Below are positions 1 to 18,430 of a stretch of 64,000 nucleotides of DNA, one piece after another. Position 1 is the first letter of the stretch. Every line of letters starts with the position of its first letter. Position numbers and translations under genes: made by a program. The stretch is from Eledone cirrhosa (lineage: Eukaryota), in contig OZ024742.1 in NCBI GenBank assembly GCA_964016885.1, forward strand, positions 250,604,001 through 250,668,000, given 5' to 3'. Below the pieces are notes generated by a model, which was not told the DNA's origin, did no database searches, and saw only the letters and a program-made list of their open reading frames with translations.

Positions 1-62
<62 letters not shown>

Positions 63-232
63 GCACCCATATACAGAGAAGGAGATCTTATCACAGGGAT
101 GTCTGAATATGAAGGTGAACTGTTGACATAGAAAATTTATGATAAACATATTGAAATGAAAATTTATCAGTTCAGGTTATTAACCTAACCTTTATACAAA
201 GACACCTTTTTCTACTTTTATTTTATGCACCC

Positions 233-447
233 GACGGATTGGCAGTATCGGTAGAGCTTCAGACACTATGCTTTTCAGCATAAAGTTATGGCCCTTTACG
301 ATCTGCATTCAAATCCCGCCGAGGTTAACTTTGTCTTTCATCATTACGGGGTCGATAAATAAAGCACCAGTAATGCACTGGAGTTGATTCAATCGACTTT
401 CCCCTTCCCTTTAAATTGCTGGCCTCGTGCCTAAAGTAGAAATTATT
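233..447 (+). mobile_element. tRNA-derived SINE, family A (full length)
   Basis: A-box-like TGGCAGTATCGGTAG, B-box-like TTCAAATCCC, core GAGGTTAACTTTG.CTTTCATC...GGGGTCGATAAATAAAG.ACCAG and tail TTGCTGGCCTCGTGCCTAAAGTAGAAA; more than 12 copies in the window. Confidence 0.9.
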
Positions 448-630
448 TTATACACCTTTCTGTACATCTATATATATATACACTGGTGTACCTCACACAT
501 ACCTATACCTTTATACACACCTCTGATATCGCACCTTACGTTCTGTACCGTGCATCTTATTCATCATACATTTCTATATTATATACACCTTATGTCTCAT
601 TCACCACACGTCTATATTATACATTATGTA

Positions 631-817
631 GGTGGATTGGCAGTATCGGTAGAGGGTCGGACGCCATGATTTGACGCATAGAGTTACGGCCCTTGCCATT
701 CTGAGTTCAAATCCCGCCGAGGTTAACTTTGCCTTTCATCCTTACAGGGTCGATAAAATAAAGTACCAGTAATACACTGGGTTAATTGCTGGCCTTGTGC
801 CAAAAGTAGAAACAATT
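631..817 (+). mobile_element. SINE family A, internally deleted subfamily
   Basis: Same head, core and tail as 233-447 but lacks the ...TCGACTTTCCCC... segment. Confidence 0.9.
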
Positions 818-834
818 ACGTCTTATACATGTAT

Positions 835-1985
835 ATGGTGGTAGTGTGGTTGTAGTAATGATGGGGTTGTGATGGTAGTGGTAGTAACAGGTTATAGTAG
901 TGGTGGTTATGCCGGTAGTGCTGCTGCCGATGGTGGTGGCGGTGGTGCCTGTAGTAATGATAGAGATGTGCTGGTGGTGGTGCTGCTGGTGGTGGTGGTG
1001 GAGGTGGCGGCTTCAGTAGTGGTGGTGATGGTGGTGGTGGTGATGAGGACGGGACCTGTGGCGGTGGTGCCTGTAGTAATGATAGAGATGTGCTGGTGGC
1101 GGTGGTGGTGGTGGTGCTGCTGCTGCTGCTGCTGGTAGTGGTGGTGGTGGTGGTGGTGCTGGTGGAGGTGGTGGAGGCGGCGGCTTCAGTGGTGGTGGTG
1201 ATGGTGGTGCTGGTGGAGGTGGTGCTGCTGGTGGAGGTGGTGGAGGCGGCGGCTTCGGTGGTGGTGGTGATGGTGGTGGTGGTGTTGCTGCTGCTGGTGG
1301 TGGTGGTGATATTTGTGGTGGTGGTGGTGTTGCTGCTGCTGGTGGTGGTGGTGATATTTGTGGTGGTGGTGGTGCTGCTGCTGGTGGTGGTGGTGGAGGC
1401 GGTGGGGGTGATAGTGGTGGTGGTGATAAGGACGGTACCTGTGGCCGTGGTGCCTGTAGTAATGATAGAGATGTGCTGGTGGTGGTGGAGGCGGCGGCTT
1501 CGGTGGTGGTGGTGATGGTGGTGGTGGTGGTGGTGGTGCTGCTGCTGCTGCTGGTAGTGGTGGTGGTGATGGTTGTGGTGGAGCCGGCGGCTTCGGCGGT
1601 GGTGGTGATGGTGGTGGTGGTGGTGAGGACGGTACCTGTGGCGGTGGTGCCTGTAGTAATGATAGAGATGTGCTGGTGGTGGTGGTGGTGCTGCTGCTAC
1701 TGCTGCTACTGCTGGTACTGGTAGTGGTGGTGGTGCGGCTCTGCTGCTGCTGCTGCTGCTGGTGGTAGCGGCGGCGTTGATGGTGGTGGTGGTAGTGGTG
1801 GTGAGGATGGTGGTGGTGGTGGTGGTGGTAGTTGTGGTGAGGATGGTGATGGTGGTGGTGGTGGTGGTGGTGAGGATGGTGGTGGTGGTGGTGGTGGTGG
1901 TGGTGGTAGTTGTGGTGAGGATGGTGGTGGTGGTGATGGTGGTGGTGGTGGTGGTGTTCGTGGTGGTGGTGGTGGTGGTAGTGGT
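835..1985. repeat. (GGT)n/(GCT)n-rich complex tandem repeat
   Basis: GGT triplets with four copies of a GGCGGTGGTGCCTGTAGTAATGATAGAGATGTGCTGG block (about 937, 1060, 1443, 1639). Confidence 0.9.
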
Positions 1986-2165
1986 AAATGAATCTAAATT
2001 GAATGGTATATTCAGAAGTGAAGGTTATTATAGAATGTGTGATTATCAGAGCTAAAGAAAGCTTGACAATCACTGAGCATGCTTCATTCAATATTCTAAA
2101 GGATTATAGCGTCGATGTTCTTCTCGTCGTTTTTGTTGTTGTTACTAGTGTTGTTGCTGGTATTT

Positions 2166-2352
2166 GGATTGGCAGCATCGGTAGGGGGTCGGACGCCATG
2201 CTTTGACGCAAAGAGTTACTACCCTTTCCATTCTGAGTTCAAATCCCGCGAGGTTAACTTTGCCTTTCATCCTTACGGGGTCGATAAAATAAAGTACCAG
2301 TAATACACTGGCTGATTGCTGGCCTGCCTTGTGCCAAAAGTAGAAACAATTA
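2166..2352 (+). mobile_element. SINE family A, deleted subfamily
   Basis: Near-identical to 631-817. Confidence 0.9.
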
Positions 2353-2895
2353 TTACTATTGTGTTCGCTATTATTGTAGTTGTTGTTCTTATAATGGTTA
2401 TCACTGATTACTAAATCCCCCCCACCACCACCACCACCACTCTGTTGAAGCCCATATGCACTGCTTATTGCAATAATTTAATAAATGGTAAAATAAAAAA
2501 ATATTAATTAGTTATTGCTCTAATTGATTAAAGTATCAACATTCCTATCATAATTATGCTAAATTCATCAGAGAGCCAGTGGTTGCTATATGTTTAGTCA
2601 CTCTATGCGCCACACTGGGCGTGTGTATTCTACTATTGACTGTGAGTGACATTTGGCAGACGAAAATGATTCTGTCAAGCAAATACGAGTGACAAATCAT
2701 GGATCAACCAGGATTTATATTTTAAGTAGCGTTTTACTACAGCTCTCTTCGTGGGCAGATATATATATTTTCTAATGAACATTCAATTAGCCATGAAACA
2801 GATAAATGCTATCTCATTTTCATCATGCTTGTCTAAAGTTTCACATGGAGGCATATAAATTGTAGTTATTTCTACGTTGAACTTATATAGTCTAA

Positions 2896-3030
2896 AGTCT
2901 GTCTTAAGCCAGAAGGCTCATTTGGACGGTGCTTATCACGGTTTCATGGTTAGAAGCGATTGAGAGTACAAGACTCCCCCCTGTACAGAGTTAAACCCCC
3001 AGTTAATGCTAATACTCATTTTTAGCTGAG
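2896..3030 (-). mobile_element. SINE family B, 3' fragment
   Basis: Reverse complement matches the 3' half of 54420-54688. Confidence 0.75.
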
Positions 3031-3044
3031 TATATATATATATA

Positions 3045-3270
3045 TATGTATGTAAAAGTAAACAGAAATAACAACACAATCGGTACAGTATATGGAAGTT
3101 ATATATTAGGTTAACGCTTCATATAGCAGGAAGAGGGTCTTAACGTTTCGGACGCTAGTCCTTCATCGGAAGAAAGAATGAGAAATAAAATAGATTAAGG
3201 GGACGGGCGGGATAGAATCGGAAAAAATGTCTTTAGATAAAAATAATAGGTCCATTCATGTTGACATCTC
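3045..3270 (-). mobile_element. PLE-derived terminal fragment with mutated hammerhead (3138-3173)
   Basis: Reverse complement of 25495-25720; core reads CCGATGA (U4>C); abuts (TA)n. Confidence 0.75.
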
Positions 3271-3319
3271 TTGCAAAACTGTTGGTGCTGGCGTTATATA
3301 CTCACCTATAAATGAAGCC

Positions 3320-3700
3320 CTTCTGGTTGTCCCTGAGCTTCTTCTCCATCTCGGAGAATGCTGGGCGTGGCTCTGAACATTAATCGGTATACACTGAGGA
3401 TGAAGAACTCAGAGTTGTACAGGAGCCTCCCAAAAGTCAGCTCGAATGTAGCCCAGAGGATACTGAGGCTGGCTGGACATGCTCACCGATACCCAGAGTT
3501 GACACTGCACTCAGTGCTCTTGAGTGAGCCCCTGCATGGACACGCTAGAAGCGGGAGACCGAGGTTGACATATGTTGACTCACTAGAAGAAGGAGAGCAA
3601 GGTTGATATGAGGACACACACTGGTCTCTTGGAGACGCAGGACATGGCAGCGATGATGAGGGACAGAGACCGCTGGCGAGAATTCGTTGCAGCTTTTGAG
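3320..3700 (+). pseudogene. RTE-type LINE, C-terminal fragment
   Basis: Translation LYRSLPKVS...RLRLAGH-like...GRPRLTYVD matches the RTE-clade post-RT region. Confidence 0.7.
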
Positions 3701-3735
3701 ATTTTCCTCTATAATTGAAGGGTCGTCAGACAGTT

Positions 3736-4710
<975 letters not shown>

Positions 4711-5083
4711 ATTCAGCTAAAGCTGCCTGCTATGCTGAACTGTAAAAGGAAAATAAAGGAATGAAAATAGTATTTTGATTGTTATATAATATTGTTATCA
4801 AGGAATTACTTGAGATTACAATTGAAAGGTTCCCTGTTGCCAACCTGTATATGTATATATTTAACTGTATGTATATATATATATATTATCTGTATATATA
4901 TACCTGTATATAGAAATATAGGTGTATATATATAGATATATCTTCTGTTGTATCTACACACCTAAGGTTTAGTCTGGTCGGCCATCACACAGATTACCTT
5001 CTGCAGTTGTGAGTGTGGGTGTCTATGACGTCAGAAAGTTGAGGTTCACGCCTATCACAGGGGTGAAGAGAATGTGTATGTAA

Positions 5084-5160
<77 letters not shown>

Positions 5161-5182
5161 AGTACAAATATTGGTGTATATA

Positions 5183-5240
<58 letters not shown>

Positions 5241-5262
5241 AGTACAAATATTGGTGTATATA

Positions 5263-5293
<31 letters not shown>

Positions 5294-5320
5294 AGATATA
5301 TAGATAGATAAATATACACT

Positions 5321-5735
5321 GGTGTGTATGATTGTGTATAGAAGATTATATTAATAAAAGGAATTCCAACTTTGTGTGATTTACTCGTTTTATTTACAAT
5401 CCTTTAAAATTTATAATGGTATTATAATGAAATAGTATGGTAGAATATTAAATGTTAAGTGTTAATTGAACAAGTACTTTCATGCTTTCGCAATCTTTAG
5501 GTTCATATTGTGTGGTGACAGTCAAGTTTTCAATTTTGAACTGTGAAAATTGAAAATTGCAAACTTGACTGTCACCACACATTATGAACCTGAAGATTGT
5601 GAAAGCATGAAAGTACTTGTTCAATTAACACTTAACATTTAATATTCTATCATACTATTTCATTATAATACCATTATAAATTTTAAAGGATTGTAAATAA
5701 AACGAGTAAATCAGACAAAGTTGGAATTCCTTTTA

Positions 5736-5743
<8 letters not shown>
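5321..5743. mobile_element. Fold-back (about 195-bp arms) PLE-derived element with hammerhead in each arm
   Basis: 5347-5535 is the reverse complement of about 5550-5743; second copy at 14674-15090; flanked by (TA)n. Confidence 0.85.
5585..5623 (+). ncRNA. Minimal type-I hammerhead ribozyme
   Basis: TGAAC-CTGAAGA-TTGT GAAA GCAT-GAAA-GTAC-TT-GTTCA: 5-bp stem I, intact core, palindromic stem III. Confidence 0.7.
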
Positions 5744-5779
<36 letters not shown>

Positions 5780-6089
5780 TGCAATTGCACTTTTACACAT
5801 ACAGATGGCTAATTACGTGCACCTTATATATACGATCATACACATACAGCACACATATATACTTGCATTTCGTACAGAAAAGCATATATCGTCGTCATAT
5901 ACATCTCTTTCTCTCGGTCTTTTTTATGCACTATATATGTGTGTGTGTATTTGTGTGTGTGTCTGTGTGTGTCTGTCTGTATCTGTGTGAGTGTGAGTGC
6001 GTTGGTATGTGTGTGTGTTTGTGTGTATGTATGTGTCTGTGTGTGTCTGTATGTATAATCCCACTTATATATACATACATTCACGATAT

Positions 6090-9000
6090 CAACACAACCA
6101 CAATCCCCACCAACAACACTACCACAACCCCCCACCAACAACAACACTACCACAACCCCCCACCAACAACAACACTACCACAACCCCCACCAACAACAAC
6201 ACTACCACAATCCCCCACCAACAATAACACTACCACAACCCCCCACCACCAACAACACTACCACAACCCCCTACTACCAACAACACTACCACAACCCCCC
6301 ACCAACAACAACACTACCACAACCCCCCACCAACAACAACACTTCCACAACCCCCCCACCAACAACACTACCACAACCCCCCACCAACAACAACACTACC
6401 ACAACCCCCACCAACAACAACACTACCACAATCCCCACCAAAAATACTACCACAATCCCCACCAACAACAACACTACCACAACCCCCCACCACCAACAAC
6501 ACTACCACAATCCCCACCAACAACAACACTACCACAACCCCCCACCACCAACAACATTACCACAACCCCCACCAACAACACTACCACAACCCACACCACC
6601 AACGACAACACTACCACAATCCCCACCAACAACAACACTACCACAACCCCCCACCACCAACAACACTAACACAACCCCCACCACCAACAACACTACCACA
6701 ACCCCCACCAACAACAACACTACCACAACCCCCACCACCAACAACACTACCACAACCCCCACCAACAACAACACTACCACAACCCCCCACCACCAACACT
6801 ACCACAACCCACACCACCAACAACAATACTACCACAACCCCCCACCAACAACAACACTAATACAACCCCCACCACCAACAACACTACCACAACACCCACC
6901 AACAAAACTAACACAACCCCCCACCAACAACAACATTACCACAACACCCCACCAACAACAACACTACCACAACCCCCACCAACAACACTACCACAACCCA
7001 CACCAACAACACTACCACAACCCCCACCAACAACACTACCACAACCCCCACCAACAACACTACCACAACCCCCCACCACCAACAACATTACCACAACACC
7101 CCACCAACAACAACACTACCACAACCCCCACCAACAACACTACCACAACCCACACCACCAACAACAACACTACCACAACCCCCCACCACCAACAACACTA
7201 CCACAACCCCCCACCACCAACAACACTACCACAACCCCCCACCATCAACAACACTACCGCAGCTCCCCACCAATAACAACACTACCACAACACCCACCAA
7301 CAACACTACCACAACCCCCCCCCCCCCCCACCAACAACACTACCACAACCCCCACCAACAACAACACTACCACAACCCCCCACCACCAACAACACTACCA
7401 CAAGCCCCCACCAACAACAAAACTACCACAACTCCCACCAATAACAACACTACCACAACCCTCCTCCAACAACAATACAACCACAACCCCCACCAACAAC
7501 AACACAACCACAACCCCCACCAACAACAACAACACTACCACAACCCCCCCCCCCCCACCAACCACAACACTACCACAACCCCCAGCACCAACAACACTAC
7601 CACAAACCCCCACCAACAACAACACTTCCACAACCCCCCCACCAACAACACTACCACAAAACCCCACCAACAACAACACTACCACAACCCCCACCAACAA
7701 CAACACTTCCACAACACCCCCACCAACAACACTACCACAACCCCCACCACGACAACACTACCACCATCCCCCACCACAAACAACACTCCCCCCCCCCCCC
7801 CCCCCCACCACCACCACCACCACCAACAACACTACCACATCCCTCCCCCAACAACACTACCGCAACCCCCACCACCAACAACACGAACACAATCCACAAC
7901 CACCAACAACACTACCCCCCCCCCCCACCACCACCACCACCAACACCAACAACACAACCACAAGGCCCACCACCAACAACACTGTCACAACCCCCACCAC
8001 CAACAGCACTACCACAACCACCACGAACTACAACACTGCCACAACCCCCACAACCACCAACAACACTACCACAACCCCCCACCACCAACAACATTACCAC
8101 AACCCCCCACCACCAACAATACTACCACAACGCCCAACAAAAACAACACTACCACAACCTCCCACAAGCAACAACACTACCACAACCCACACCACCAACA
8201 ACACTTCCACAACCCCCCACCAACTACACTACCACAACCCCCACCAACGACAACACTTCAACAACCCGCCACCAACAGCAACACTACCACAAACCCACAC
8301 CACTAAAAACACTACGACAATCCCCACCACCAACAACATTCCCACAACTCCCCATCAATAACAACACTTCTACAACCCCCCACCAACAACAACACTTCCA
8401 CAATCCCCCACCAACAACACTCCCACAACTCCCCACCAACAGCACTACCACATACCCCACCAACAACAACAACACTACCACAAACCCCACCACCAACAAC
8501 AGCACTTCCACAACCCTCACCAACAACAACACTACCATAAACCCCCACCAACAACATCACAACCACAACCCCCACCAACAACAACACTCCCACAACCCCC
8601 AACACCAACAACACGACCACAGCCCCCCACCACCAACAACACTAGCACAACCCCCACCAACAACAACACTTCCACAACCCCCACCACCACCAATAACACT
8701 ACCACATCCCCCACCAACAACAACAACACTACCAAGACACTCCTCCAACAACAATACAACCACAACCCCCACCAACAACAACACTACCACAACCCCTACC
8801 ACCACTAACAATACTACCACAACCCCCACCAACAACAACACTACCACAACCCCCCACCACCAACAACACTACCATAAACCCTCACCAACAACAACACAAC
8901 CACAACCCCCACCAACAACAACACTCCCACAACCCCCCACCACCAACAACACTACCACAACCCCCCACGAACAACAACACTACCACAACCCCTAACGAAC

Positions 9001-11617
9001 AACACTACCACAACCCCCACCACCAACAACAACACTACCACAACCCCCCACCAACAACAACACTACCACAACCCCCCACCAACAACAACACTACCACAAC
9101 CCCCCACCAACAACAACACTACCACAACCCCCACCAACAACACTACCACAACCCCCACGAACAACAACACTACCACAACCCCCCACCACCAACAACACTA
9201 CCACAACCCCCCACCACCAACAACACTACCACAACCCCCCACCACCAACAGCACTACCACAATCAACCACCAACAACAACACTACCACAACCCCCACCAC
9301 CAACAACACTACCACAACTCCCCACCAACGACAACACTACCACAACCCCCCACCATCAACAACACTACCACAACCCCCCATAAACAACACTACCACAACC
9401 CCCACCACCAACAACACTCCCACAAGCCCCACCACCAACAGCACTACCACAACCCCACCAACGACAACACTACCACCATCCCCCACAACCTACAACACTA
9501 CCCCAACCCCCACCACCAACAACACGACACAGCCCCCCACCACCAACAACTCTACCACAATCAACCACCAACAACAACACTACCACAACCCCCACCACCA
9601 ACAGCACTACCACAACCACCACCACCAACAACAACACTACCACAAACCCCCACCAACAACAACATTACCACAATCCCCACCACCAACAACACGACCACAG
9701 CCCCCCACCACCAACAACACTACCACAATCAACCACCAACAACAACACTACCACAACCCCCACCACCAACAACACTACCACAACCCCCCACCAACAACAA
9801 CACTACCACGTCCCTCCCCAACAACACTACCGCAACCCCCACCACCAACAACACTACCACAACCCACAACCACCAACAACACTACCACAACCTCCCACAA
9901 GCAACAACACTACCACAACCCACACCACCAACAACACTACCACCATCCCCACACCAACAACTCTACCACAACCCCCACAACCAACAACACTACCACAACC
10001 CCCCACCACCAACAACACTACCACAACCCCTACCACCAACAATACTACAACAAACCCCACCACCAACAACACTACCACCAACCCCACCACCAAAAATACT
10101 ACCACAGCCCCGACCAACAACAACACTACCACAACTCCCCACCACCAACAACACTCCCACAACTCCCCACCACCAACAACACTGCCACACCCCCACCACC
10201 AACAATACTACCACAACTCCGACCAACAACAACACTCCCACAACTCCCCACCACCAGCAATACTACCACAATCCCCAAGAACTGCAACACTACCACAGCC
10301 TCCCCCAACAACAACAACAACACTACCACAACCAACGACCAACAACACTACCCCCGCCCCACAAACAACACTACCACAACCCTCACCACCCACAATATTA
10401 ATATGACCCCCCACCACCAACAACACTACCACAAACGCCACCACCAACGACAACACTACCACAATCAACCACCAACAACAAAACGACCACAACCCCCAGC
10501 ACCAACAACACTACCACAACCCTTCACCAACAACAACACTACCACAGCCCCCCACCACCAACGACAACACTACCACAATCAACCACCAACAACACTACCA
10601 CAACCCCTCACCACCAACAACACTACCACAGCCCCCCACCACCAACGACAACACTACCACAATCAACCACCAACAACAAAACGATCACAACCCCCAGCAC
10701 CAACAACACTACCACAACCCCCACCAACAACAACACTACCACAACCCCTCACCACCAACAACACTACCACAATCAACCACCAACAACAACACTACCACAA
10801 CCCCCACCAACAACAACACTACCACAACCCCCACCACCAACAACAACACTTCCACAACCCCCACCACCAACAACACTACCACAACCCCCACCAACAACAT
10901 CAACACTACCACAACCCCCACCACCAACAACAGCACTTCCACAACCCCCACCAACAACAACACTTCCACAACCCCCCACCACCAACAACACTACCATAAA
11001 CCCCCACCAACAACAACACAACCACAACCCCCACCAACAACAACACTCCCACAACCCCCACCACCAACAACACGACCACAGCCCCCCACCACCAACAACA
11101 CTACCATAAACCCCCACCAACAACACTACCACAACCCACACCACCAACAACAATACTACCACAACCCCCACCACCAACCACAACACTACCACAACCCCCA
11201 CCAACAACAACACTTCCACAACCCCCCACCACCAACAACACTACCATAAACCCCCACCAACAACAACACAACCACAACCCCCACCACCAACAACACTACC
11301 ACGTCCCTCCCCAACAACAACACAACCACAACCCCCACCAACAACAACACTCCCACAACCCCCACCACCAACAACACGACCACAGCCCCCCACCACCAAC
11401 AACACTACCACAACCCCTCAACACCAACAACACTACCACAAACACCACCACCAACAACAACACTACCACAACCCCCACCACCAACCACAACACTACCACA
11501 ACCCCCACCAACAACAACAACACTTCCACAACCCCCACCAACAACAACACTACCACAACCCCCACCAACAACATCAACACTACCACAACCCCCACCACCA
11601 ACAACAGCACTTCCACA
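6090..11617. repeat. C/A-rich minisatellite, about 24-30 bp unit (CCACCAACAACAACACTACCACAACCC)
   Basis: About 5.5 kb of variant tandem units, almost G-free on the + strand. Confidence 0.95.
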
Positions 11618-11817
11618 NNNNNNNNNNNNNNNNNNNNNNNNNNNNNNNNNNNNNNNNNNNNNNNNNNNNNNNNNNNNNNNNNNNNNNNNNNNNNNNNNNN
11701 NNNNNNNNNNNNNNNNNNNNNNNNNNNNNNNNNNNNNNNNNNNNNNNNNNNNNNNNNNNNNNNNNNNNNNNNNNNNNNNNNNNNNNNNNNNNNNNNNNNN
11801 NNNNNNNNNNNNNNNNN
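11618..11817. other. Assembly gap (200 N)
   Basis: Run of N. Confidence 1.
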
Positions 11818-14313
<2,496 letters not shown>

Positions 14314-14319
<6 letters not shown>

Positions 14320-14492
14320 TTCTACAGGACTAGAACTGTTTCATTCTTTAGAAATCATCAGATTCCTGATGATTTCTAAAGAATGAAACAGTTCTAGTCC
14401 TGTAGAATCTCATCTATATTAAAACTTTGATACTCTGCTATGTATTGAGTACCTTACTTACTGTGGTTACCTCCGATTCAACCCGGAATAAC

Positions 14493-14493
<1 letters not shown>
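14314..14493 (+). mobile_element. Short fold-back element with hammerhead core (14366-14396) and tail motif
   Basis: Perfect palindrome 14314-14413; right arm CTGATGA-TTTC TAAA GAAT-GAAA-CAG-TT-CTAG; tail related to 58545-58657. Confidence 0.7.
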
Positions 14494-14537
<44 letters not shown>

Positions 14538-14793
14538 CATATATATATATACATATATACATATATACATATATACATATACATATATACATATATATAT
14601 ATACATATACATATATACATATACATATATACATATACATATATACATATACATATACATATATACATATATATATATTAATAAGAGGAATTCCAACTTT
14701 GTCTGATTTACTCGTTTTATTTACAATACTTTAAAATTTATAATGGTATTATAATGAAATAGTATGATAGAATATTAAATGTTAAGTGTTAAT

Positions 14794-14832
14794 TGAACAA
14801 GTACTTTCATGCTTTCGCAATCTTCAGGTTCA
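14794..14832 (-). ncRNA. Minimal type-I hammerhead ribozyme
   Basis: Reverse complement reads TGAAC-CTGAAGA-TTGC GAAA GCAT-GAAA-GTAC-TT-GTTCA. Confidence 0.75.
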
Positions 14833-14905
14833 TATTCTGTGGTGGCAGTCAAGTTTGCAATTTTCAACAGTTGAAAATTGCAAACTTGACTGGCACCACA
14901 CATTA

Positions 14906-14944
14906 TGAACCTGAAGATTGCGAAAGCATGAAAGTACTTGTTCA
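14906..14944 (+). ncRNA. Minimal type-I hammerhead ribozyme
   Basis: TGAAC-CTGAAGA-TTGC GAAA GCAT-GAAA-GTAC-TT-GTTCA. Confidence 0.75.
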
Positions 14945-15125
14945 ATTAACACTTAACATTTAATATTCTATCATACTATTTCATTATAATACCATTATAA
15001 ATTTTAAAGGATTGTAAATAAAACGAGTAAATCAGACAAAGTTGGAATTCCTCTTATTAATATAATCTTCTATACACAATCATACACACCCGTGTATATT
15101 TATATATATACATATACATATATAC

Positions 15126-16230
<1,105 letters not shown>

Positions 16231-16435
16231 TTTCAACACACGTTTTCAGATAAGATATCTTGCAAAAACAAATTCAAAAACATAAATATACGCATATGCA
16301 CATATATACACATACATATAAGATATACATTCATATACATATATAAATAAATGTTGGTATAAAGTTAGAATGTTCTTAGCTATCACATCATGACATATAT
16401 TATCAGCATAGTGTCCGTACTATCCGTTAAGATAT

Positions 16436-16603
16436 AATTGTGTCTACTTTGGGCACAAGGCCAGCAATTATCACAGTGTATTACTGGTACTTTATTTTAT
16501 CGACCCCGTAAGGATGAAAGGCAAAGTTAACCTCGGTGGGATTTGAACTCAGATCGTAAAGGGACGTAACTATTCTGGAAAGCATGTTCAACCCTCTACC
16601 GAT
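16436..16603 (-). mobile_element. SINE family A
   Basis: Reverse complement of the family A core and tail. Confidence 0.85.
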
Positions 16604-16879
16604 AATGAAATGATAATTTTAGTAAATCTCTGAAAACGTTTATTAATTAATCTCCGCCTTCTTTTCTACAACCACGATGAAAGGTACTCAATACCAAATT
16701 AGAGAATTTTATATATTTATTATATTACTAAGATTACTCAATGTTGCTATGAGTTTCGCTCAGTGAGACAAGCAACAGAATGTAATCTCAGTAAGATAAG
16801 AACTGTAAATATACGAGCATACATTTAAAAATACATACACATCCACAGACACACAAGTCCGGCTAAAGTGTTTTTGTGT

Positions 16880-17110
16880 AAAACCAGCAGTCGCCCATCT
16901 TCACCAGTCTCCTCTCTCCACACCATTGATGTTGTCCATGTGAAAGAAAGGCAAAGCCCAATACAGCTTGGCACCAGTTACGTTGAGTAAACTGGAGCAA
17001 CGTGAAATAATGTGTCTTCCTTGCTCAAGGACATAATGCATCACCCGGTCCAGGAATCGAACTAACAACCTCATGATTGTGAGCCCGACGTTGTAATTGC
17101 GGGTGTGCAA
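16880..17110 (-). mobile_element. tRNA-derived SINE (family B-related head)
   Basis: Reverse complement has GTTCGATTCCTGG B-box and TGTCCTTGAGCAAGG...CACGTTGCTCCAG. Confidence 0.7.
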
Positions 17111-17414
17111 TGAAAGTGTGAGTGCAAGAGGCATAGAAGCAGATATGAGAGAGACAGACAGAGTGTAATAAGACTAAGCGAGTGAGTGAGTGTTGATTGA
17201 ATTAGAGAGGAATATGTAATATGTGTGTGTGTGTGTGTATGTGTGTGTGTGTGTGTGAACATCATCAGCTGTTAAGGCTTCACTTCTAAAGTGTACCGCA
17301 TTACTATAAGTAGGAAGGAGAAACTACTGACTGTTGCAACCACGGGAGAAGGGGGATATGTTTAGACTGTAGTTAGACCTATCATTTTGATACCATTCCG
17401 GCCCGTAATGAAAT

Positions 17415-17594
17415 AATTGTTTCTACTTTAGGCACAAGGCCAGCAATTAACCAGTGCATTACTGGTACTTTATTTTATCGACCCTGTAAGGATGAAAGGC
17501 AAAGTCAACCTCGGCGGGATTTGAACTCAGATCGTAAAGGGACGTAACTATGCTGGAAAGCATGGCGTCCGTCCCTCTACCGATACTGCCAATC
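17415..17594 (-). mobile_element. SINE family A
   Basis: Reverse complement of 631-817. Confidence 0.9.
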
Positions 17595-17816
17595 TTTAGT
17601 AAATCCCTCCAAAATTCTTCATTAATTCACCGACTACTTCCTTTTCGTACTGGTCGGCATTGAGATCTTTGGTGTCCTCAGTTCCCGATCTGCCGTTTTC
17701 CTACGCAAAAGTGGGAAGTGTCTATCCCGCCAGGGGAATGACCCCGTGAGGTGAAATGGGTGTCGTTGGGTGTTCTCCATGGCAATAGCCTCATAATTTT
17801 TGTCCGTGGGCCGCAC

Positions 17817-17894
<78 letters not shown>

Positions 17895-18169
17895 GCATAG
17901 ACTGGGGTGTAGAGTCAGTCATTCCTCTCTTTCCCCTTTTTTTTTCTTTATTGAATTTTTTTCTTTATTTTTCTTTTTATATTATGAATTTGTCTTATAA
18001 TTTGTTATGACAATATAATTATAATTGTTCGAATTAAATGGAACAAACTGTACTTCATTAGGTGGTCTTACACTCTCAGTCGCTTAAACAAAAACAGGGA
18101 TAAACTACCACCGGGTAAGATAGCTTTTGATTTTAACTTTTTTAATCTAGTAAAACAGTTTACCTTGTT

Positions 18170-18430
18170 TGTACTTCATAATACAGGGTTTCAATAGCTC
18201 CCTTTTAGACTATTAGTACATAAAAATACAGGGCTACCATAACTCCCTGTAAGGTAGTCTTTACCTAGTAATACAGGGTTACCATAGCTCCCTTTTAAAC
18301 TGTCTACCTAGTAATTCAGGGCTACCATAGGTCTCTTTCACAGTGTCTGCACCTAGTAATACACTGCTACCATATCTCCTTTTTAAACTGTCTATAGCTA
18401 GTAATACAAGGCTACCATAGCTCCCCCTTA
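18170..18430. repeat. About 42-bp minisatellite (TAGTAATACAGGGCTACCATAGCTCCC...)
   Basis: About 6 units; the same unit recurs at about 20549 and 21067-21240. Confidence 0.8.

Larger units (their letters stand above)
14674..15090. mobile_element. Fold-back PLE-derived element, second copy
   Basis: Palindrome 14674-15064 plus tail; homologous to 5321-5743. Confidence 0.85.

Noticed and set aside
233-330. tRNA genes in SINE heads
   Set aside because: A/B boxes are present but there is no cloverleaf, and each runs into SINE core and tail
1186-2091. His/Pro/Gln-rich 301-aa ORF
   Set aside because: Triplet repeat open in several frames on both strands; no domain
5779-11000. Mucin-like PTT/HQQ ORFs
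   Set aside because: Minisatellite with non-triplet unit-length variation and constant frame switching
17640-17720. Minus-strand CTGAGGA...GAAA with TTCCC/GGGAA stem (type III hammerhead?)
   Set aside because: Stems II and III do not pair and there is no UH cleavage triplet
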